From IMG/VR virus record IMGVR_UViG_3300035034_001389: a stretch of DNA of 64,000 nucleotides; one strand, written 5' to 3'. Shown one piece after another: positions 58,381-64,000 of the stretch. A program made the translations under genes and the position numbers. Source of the stretch: an uncultured virus (IMG/VR IMGVR_UViG_3300035034_001389). Its lineage: Duplodnaviria; Heunggongvirae; Uroviricota; Caudoviricetes. Within the stretch, counting starts at the first letter, position 1. Each line of letters begins with the position of its first letter. Below the pieces are notes generated by a model that was not told where the DNA came from, made no database searches, and saw only the letters and a program-made list of their open reading frames with translations.

Positions 58381-60699
58381 ATGAAAAATGAATTAATAAT
58401 AGCAAGTTATGGTTCCCATAATGCCGCTGTTGCAATGTTCTATAAAGGCACGTATACTGTAATTGAGGTAGAACGCTGGTTAAGTAAAAAAAATGCTGGC
58501 TTAATAACATACTTGCCAGCATCAAATCCTAATATTATATTGGAAGAAATCACTGAGTTTTTACTTTCTAAAACTGATAGAAGTGAAGTAGATTTATATT
58601 TAACAAACTATGGTGATTTGTCAAAACTGAAACCATCCTTTAATTATGTTAAGAGTTTAACGTTTGATCACCATGAAGCACACGCAGCATGTGCATTTTA
58701 TCAATCCCCTTTCGATAAAGCATTAACCTTCACATTTGATGGTGGTGGTGATGCCGGTTATTTTAATGTATACATGACAGATCGACAAAATGGCGTCACA
58801 TTACTTAATAAATTTAACCAAGATTTAGGATTTGCATATATGATTCTTGGTGATCACCTTGATGAAATTACACGTGACCCACTAAACATTGGCAATCTTG
58901 TTTATGCCGGTAAACTAATGGGACTGTGTTCATATGGAAATATTCGAGATGAATGGATTCCACACTTTACTGAATTCTATGAAACATTTACATATAGTGG
59001 GGACTCATACCTTGGTGGTGCAGAAGCAGCTAAAGATGCTCTCCCAAAATTGATGGAAGCCATACAGGTTAAGAATTATACTAAGGATACTAGAATAAGT
59101 GGTCAGATGTCATGGGACATTGCGGCAACAACACAACATGTATTTGAAGAACAATTTTTTAAATTTGCACAACCTTATTTTGATCAATATCCAGATATCC
59201 CAGTGACCTTAGCTGGAGGGTGTGCATTGAATGTTATATTGAATACTAGAATATTAAGGGAACGTGGTAAGAATGTTTTTATACCACCTAACACCAGTGA
59301 CTGTGGTATAGCTGTGGGTGGAATATTACTTAATCAGAAGCCAGAGTATCAGGTTGATTTAACATATGCAGGTGCGCCCGTTTTAGATGAACATATGTTC
59401 TCATCATATATTGAAAATGGCATGTTTAGTGTAGTGGAAGATGTATCTATTGAAAGTTTAGCTAACTATATAAACAATGGTCATATTGTAGGTATTATTA
59501 ATGGGAACTCGGAACATGGCCCAAGAGCACTAGGCAATAGAAGTATAATATGTAATCCAGTTGGCGATATGAAAAACATACTTAATGATAAAGTTAAAAA
59601 TAGAGAATGGTATAGACCATTTGCACCATTAGTTCGTCTAGAGGACGCACCAACATATTTTGATTTCCCAGAAGGTGCACAATCTCGACATATGACGTAT
59701 GTTGCTGAAGTACGAGAAGAATATAGAGATATTATACCAGCCGTAACACACGAAGATAATACTGGTAGATTGCAGACTGTGACCCGCCAGCAGAATAGCT
59801 TTATATATGATCTATTAACCGAATTTGATAAGGTTTCTGATCATAGTGTATTATTGAACACATCATTCAATGTCAATGGAAAACCAATTTTGACCAGAAT
59901 ATCAGAAGCTCTTGAAATATTAGAAACTTCAAAACTTGATGCCGTATTTTACAAGAACCGTCTAATATTTAGAAGGGGTGAAGAGAAAAAATTCGAGAAA
60001 AAATCAATCAATATTAACATCAAGCCATTATCAAATGAAACTACTGTAAATATATTTGTAACACCCACAAATAATGATAATTTATTATCAGCATACATAC
60101 CGAAGATTTCTAAAATTTGTCAAGATTCTAAAGTTGTATTGATAATAGAAGAGAAATATATTAAATATTGTCAACTTGCATTGTCTGACTTTGAAGTTGA
60201 GTATTTTCCCATTAATATAACCAGCTTTTACTATCATGAATTAGTTCAAAAAAGTTTACCCAATTTAAATATGGTGATGTCTGAATATCTAAATATTATA
60301 CGAATGTTGTGGGCCAAAAATGTAATGCTTGAGAATTTACATAGAACACAAAATCACATATTTGTAACTTTAGGAAATGTTATGTATTCAATGGATATTG
60401 TTAATGATATTAAAACTATATCCGAAGCATGTAAAGAGGGTGATCAAATTATTACTACCTCTAGAACATACACAGGATCACCAGCAGAGGACATACTTGG
60501 CAAGCATCACATTGGTAAGGTTCCTACCAAAATCCCATCTATGGACATTGTAGCAGGCCATATATCACAGATAGATTGGTTATGTACAAACATAGAGGCA
60601 CATCTACTGAGCATGTTACGTTCTGGGGGGGTGTCATCAGATTATGATTATGTTGTGGTTCCTTTCATGGAAAGTAATCATAAGTTCAGGTTAATATAA
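58381..60699 (+). CDS. NodU/CmcH-family O-carbamoyltransferase with a ~230-aa C-terminal extension
   Basis: HHEAHAA, DGGGD, GKLMGL, GGCALN, GPRALGNRS, KNREWYRPFAP, RLQTV, LNTSFN. Confidence 0.92.
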   Translation: MKNELIIASYGSHNAAVAMFYKGTYTVIEVERWLSKKNAGLITYLPASNPNIILEEITEFLLSKTDRSEVDLYLTNYGDLSKLKPSFNYVKSLTFDHHEAHAACAFYQSPFDKALTFTFDGGGDAGYFNVYMTDRQNGVTLLNKFNQDLGFAYMILGDHLDEITRDPLNIGNLVYAGKLMGLCSYGNIRDEWIPHFTEFYETFTYSGDSYLGGAEAAKDALPKLMEAIQVKNYTKDTRISGQMSWDIAATTQHVFEEQFFKFAQPYFDQYPDIPVTLAGGCALNVILNTRILRERGKNVFIPPNTSDCGIAVGGILLNQKPEYQVDLTYAGAPVLDEHMFSSYIENGMFSVVEDVSIESLANYINNGHIVGIINGNSEHGPRALGNRSIICNPVGDMKNILNDKVKNREWYRPFAPLVRLEDAPTYFDFPEGAQSRHMTYVAEVREEYRDIIPAVTHEDNTGRLQTVTRQQNSFIYDLLTEFDKVSDHSVLLNTSFNVNGKPILTRISEALEILETSKLDAVFYKNRLIFRRGEEKKFEKKSININIKPLSNETTVNIFVTPTNNDNLLSAYIPKISKICQDSKVVLIIEEKYIKYCQLALSDFEVEYFPINITSFYYHELVQKSLPNLNMVMSEYLNIIRMLWAKNVMLENLHRTQNHIFVTLGNVMYSMDIVNDIKTISEACKEGDQIITTSRTYTGSPAEDILGKHHIGKVPTKIPSMDIVAGHISQIDWLCTNIEAHLLSMLRSGGVSSDYDYVVVPFMESNHKFRLI

Positions 60700-61646
60700 T
60701 GAATATATCATTTGTAACATCGGTATATGATGATTTATCTAATACTAAATTTGCTGGTAGACATAATCGGGGCACCCAGTATGCATTTTCGTTGGCTCAG
60801 ATGCAACACATGGGTGTCCCAATTTATATCTTTACTGATAAGCGCAATATACAAAAGAACCTTCCAGCAATTTACAGCCATAGTTTAGATAATGCTAAAT
60901 TCATAAACTATGAACTAGATAAATATCCACTCTATAATGATATACAAAAAATTAAAGATAGTAACCCCGAAGTATATAGAAATGAAGCAGGGTGGTCAAG
61001 TCGGTGTGTTGAAATAATGTGGAGTAAATTTGATTTAGTTGAACATATTATTAATAAAGTTGGAATATCTGAAGATAATTTTGTATTTTGGATAGATGCT
61101 GGATTATCACATCCCGGAGTATTACCATACAAATATAATTCCATATATAACCCCGAAATGGAATATCCAAATCAATCAAAGGAATATCATGATGGTTTTT
61201 ATTTTGACCAAATTTTTAATAATGAATTTCCAGAGTATCTAGCAAATTATATAGGTAAAAATAAAATATTCCACATGATGTGTAATTCACCACAGCATAA
61301 TGACCCATCTTTTATGGGTAATATTGAAACTGTAAAAACTGGCACGGTTGTGGGTGGATTATTTGGTGGAACTACTAATGTATTATTAGACTGGGTGCTT
61401 GAAGGTAAGGATATTTGTCAGCAATTAGTAGACCATAATCAATTGGTTAAAGAAGAAGACATATTGAGTTATATGGTAAACAAGCATATGGTGGAAGATG
61501 AATCGTTTATTGATGAAAAAATAAAACTTTATTTATTCGATACATGGTATCATGAAGATTGGTTAAAAAATTGGGATAAAACATTATATGACCCCAACAC
61601 TGCAATATCATTTTCAGATTTTTTTAAAGAATTCACAGGTAGATAA
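60699..61646 (+). CDS. HtrL/YibB (WlaTC)-like putative glycosyltransferase
   Basis: FVTSVYD, MWSKF, FWIDAG, GGLFGG, KEEDIL; TAATG-coupled to the carbamoyltransferase. Confidence 0.7.
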   Translation: MNISFVTSVYDDLSNTKFAGRHNRGTQYAFSLAQMQHMGVPIYIFTDKRNIQKNLPAIYSHSLDNAKFINYELDKYPLYNDIQKIKDSNPEVYRNEAGWSSRCVEIMWSKFDLVEHIINKVGISEDNFVFWIDAGLSHPGVLPYKYNSIYNPEMEYPNQSKEYHDGFYFDQIFNNEFPEYLANYIGKNKIFHMMCNSPQHNDPSFMGNIETVKTGTVVGGLFGGTTNVLLDWVLEGKDICQQLVDHNQLVKEEDILSYMVNKHMVEDESFIDEKIKLYLFDTWYHEDWLKNWDKTLYDPNTAISFSDFFKEFTGR

Positions 61647-61675
61647 TTAAAATAAATAGATTTAAAGGTATTTAA

Positions 61676-63316
61676 ATGAACAACGATTTAACATTAGTTA
61701 CAGCACTATTTGATATTAAACGAGGTGATCTTAACCCCGGTTTCGCTAGAGGGTTCGATCATTATATTGAAACATTCAGACGCTTATTGAAGACGGAATT
61801 ACCTATGGTTATATTCTGTGATAAAGAAGTTGAAAAGATAGTGTGGGAGGAAAGAATTCCAGATAATACTAGAATTGTATCTAAGACCCTTGCTGACTTA
61901 AAAAACTTTCCATTTTATGAACAGACTAATGAAATACGCAATCAACCTGAATGGAAAAATAGAAGTGGTTGGATTACAGATAGTCCACAATCGGAACTAG
62001 AGTTATATAACCCATTAGTTATGAGTAAACAATTCTTTTTGAATGATGCATCAATATTTAATTTCTTCGAAACTAAGTATTTTTTATGGATGGATGCGGG
62101 AATAGCTAACACGATTGGTGACCCATGTGCATATATGAATTTTGACTTTGCTAAAAAAATAACAGAACATATGCAGAGAATGATGTATGTGTGTTTCCCA
62201 TATGATGGTGAAGTAGAAGTACATGGGTTTGAAAAAGAAGAATTTGATAAAATTGCAGGGTGTAAAACTGATAGAGTTGCCAGAGGTGGAATGTTTGGTG
62301 GTCCAGCCCATGTTATTCGTGAGATTAACGACATATATTATCAACTACTTGGAAATACGTTAAACTCTGGATATATGGGAACCGAAGAAAGTATTTTTAC
62401 CTTGATAACATATCAGCGTCCAGACCTTTGTAATATTGTCAACATTGATAATAATGGTCTAATAATTAAGGCATTAAATGATATTCAAAATGACACTAAA
62501 GTATATACTCAAGAAAAGTTAGCTATATATGCCCTTACCTACAACCTACCTCAACAATTTGAACATTGGGTGAAATCATTTGTATCTGCATTTCCCAAGG
62601 AATTTGAAAGTATGAAAAAGTATGTAATTAATAATTCCAATGATCCAAAAGTTGATGCAACATATAAAGAATTGTTTGAACAATATGGATTTGAAGAATT
62701 CAAGTTTGACAATGTAGGTATAAATGGTGGTAGACAATTTGCCGCAGAGCATTTTGATGCAAGTGATCATCAGTATATGGTATTCTTCGAAGATGACATG
62801 CTAATGCATCAGCCCAATGCAGGTCCATGCAAATCAGGATTCACAACATATCACCCTGAAATATTTGATAAGTGTATGGAAATCATGGCAACTGAAAAGC
62901 TTGATTATTTGAAAATGTGTTTTAGTGAATTTTATGGTGTTAATCATCATAACTGGGCATGGTTTAATGTACCACCTAGCAAAAAAGAATTATATTTCCC
63001 TGAACAGTCTGATACAGAAATACGCCACCACACCAATATTAAGAGAACTAATACACTAAGAGGATTACCCTATGCTGTAGGAGAGTACCATTATTGTAAT
63101 TGGCCACTAATGTTTAACAAGAGTGGAAGCTTTAAGGTATTTCTAGAAGATAAATATGAGCATCTATATGAACAGACATGGATGAGTCATACGATGAATC
63201 TTATACATGATAGGCGTATAAATCCGGGATGCCTTTTAGCCTCAACTATTAATCATGACAGAAAGTTTCATTATGATGGTGACACACGCCGGGAGAATGA
63301 ACACTATACTAATTAA
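61676..63316 (+). CDS. Two-domain protein: HtrL/YibB-like domain plus GT-A/GT2-like domain
   Basis: LTLVTALFDIKR, YNPLVMSK, LWMDAG, GGMFGG, TEESIF; second domain NVGINGGRQF...MVFFEDD. Confidence 0.75.
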   Translation: MNNDLTLVTALFDIKRGDLNPGFARGFDHYIETFRRLLKTELPMVIFCDKEVEKIVWEERIPDNTRIVSKTLADLKNFPFYEQTNEIRNQPEWKNRSGWITDSPQSELELYNPLVMSKQFFLNDASIFNFFETKYFLWMDAGIANTIGDPCAYMNFDFAKKITEHMQRMMYVCFPYDGEVEVHGFEKEEFDKIAGCKTDRVARGGMFGGPAHVIREINDIYYQLLGNTLNSGYMGTEESIFTLITYQRPDLCNIVNIDNNGLIIKALNDIQNDTKVYTQEKLAIYALTYNLPQQFEHWVKSFVSAFPKEFESMKKYVINNSNDPKVDATYKELFEQYGFEEFKFDNVGINGGRQFAAEHFDASDHQYMVFFEDDMLMHQPNAGPCKSGFTTYHPEIFDKCMEIMATEKLDYLKMCFSEFYGVNHHNWAWFNVPPSKKELYFPEQSDTEIRHHTNIKRTNTLRGLPYAVGEYHYCNWPLMFNKSGSFKVFLEDKYEHLYEQTWMSHTMNLIHDRRINPGCLLASTINHDRKFHYDGDTRRENEHYTN

Positions 63317-63870
63317 ACTGATGGTGATGGTGTAGGTGTAGGTGTTACTGTTGGAGTAGCACTCTGTGTCAACTCTGGCTCTGATACTGTAACGGATGCT
63401 GTTAATGTTGGTGTAAGTGCTGGTGCTGTAAAGCACCCACCACCAGCCTGTATATTAAGATCAGGCTCTGGAATGGCATTCGGTGAATCAACCCTCTGCT
63501 CAATTTGCAACGCAACCCATGATGTTTTAAATATTTCTTCAAATTTCGATTTTGTAGAAAAAGCATCCTTAAGTATTTCAAAGAATATATAATTAACGTC
63601 TTCTCTTCTAAATGTCTCATATATCAAATTCATTGTGGTTATAATATCATTGGGTGTATTGAAATTCAGATTGTTATTCACAAATGCATCAATATCTACA
63701 CCATCAAATTCCCTATTAGGTGAATTCAATATTGCAGTAATTGTTGATTTGGCAAGAGTAGGGTCAACAAATATCTGATCTGGACCTAGCCCATATCTAG
63801 TATCTGTACCATATTTTTCATCATATAATGATCGCTCTAATGATGGCAATAATTTTGTTCTATCTGTCAT
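63313..63870 (-). CDS. Structural protein, possibly the detached C-terminal domain of the giant baseplate protein, with Thr/Pro tail ending PSPSV
   Basis: PSLERSLYDEKYGTDTRYGLG...IFKTSWVAL followed by a mucin-like tail. Confidence 0.6.
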   Translation of the reverse strand: MTDRTKLLPSLERSLYDEKYGTDTRYGLGPDQIFVDPTLAKSTITAILNSPNREFDGVDIDAFVNNNLNFNTPNDIITTMNLIYETFRREDVNYIFFEILKDAFSTKSKFEEIFKTSWVALQIEQRVDSPNAIPEPDLNIQAGGGCFTAPALTPTLTASVTVSEPELTQSATPTVTPTPTPSPSV

Positions 63871-63874
63871 TTCA

Positions 63875-64000
63875 TTATACCGTATCGTTTAGTATTATTT
63901 CTTGTGATATACACTCACCAGCCGAAACTGTTATAGAGTATGTTATTTTAATTCTACTTGTTGAATCTTTACTTTTTTCTGGAAATATTATATGTGTTAA
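63875..64000 (-). CDS. 3' end of a paralog of the 29249..30415 structural protein (truncated by the window edge)
   Basis: Hand translation LTHIIFPEKSKDSTSRIKITYSITVSAGECISQEIILNDTV* aligns with LTHIIFSPITKSTSSIIRIVYTVTVSTLDCIE*. Confidence 0.75.
   Translation of the reverse strand, partial: LTHIIFPEKSKDSTSRIKITYSITVSAGECISQEIILNDTV

Noticed and set aside
56984..63316. DNA hypermodification cluster as the primary interpretation
   Set aside because: Not excluded but disfavoured: GT60-like enzymes act on proteins, the promoter is late-type, ThyA looks canonical, and no hydroxymethylase or base-modifying kinase is seen in this window.
1..64000. Stop-codon reassignment (alternative genetic code)
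   Set aside because: Genes are full length in the standard code, and TAG (58370-58372) and TGA (52491-52493) end genes at sensible positions.
1..64000. tRNA or rRNA genes
   Set aside because: No cloverleaf/T-loop or rRNA-like sequence recognised in the few intergenic gaps.

Overview
AT-rich (roughly one-third GC by eye) segment of a large T4-related myovirus (jumbo-phage-like) genome in the standard genetic code. It holds most of a contractile-tail morphogenesis module: gp26-like hub/chaperone, probable tape measure, gp5-like spike, gp25, gp6, a 3289-aa baseplate protein, fibre/decoration proteins, gp15, gp18 sheath, gp19 tube, a tube-like protein, gp4 and prohead-core-like proteins. Many of these genes are preceded by T4-type late promoters (TATAAATA). 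It also holds replication/nucleotide genes (family B polymerase, clamp-like protein, RNase H/flap nuclease, ThyA, RuvC-like, NUDIX, nucleotidyltransferase). The main finding is a candidate phage-encoded mucin-type protein O-glycosylation system. Seven probable virion proteins carry Thr/Pro/Val/Ser mucin-like tracts, and three of them end in an identical PSPSV-stop tail. A four-gene cluster behind a late-type promoter encodes a GT60-like polypeptide GlcNAc-transferase, a NodU-type carbamoyltransferase and two HtrL/YibB-like glycosyltransferase-type proteins. Other notable items: a probable -1 frameshift joining the gp26-like gene to an unannotated start-less gp51-like ORF, a possibly split giant baseplate gene, a patchwork duplication in the tape-measure gene, and apparent leaderless transcripts. 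All family calls come from motif recognition by eye; no database searches were run.
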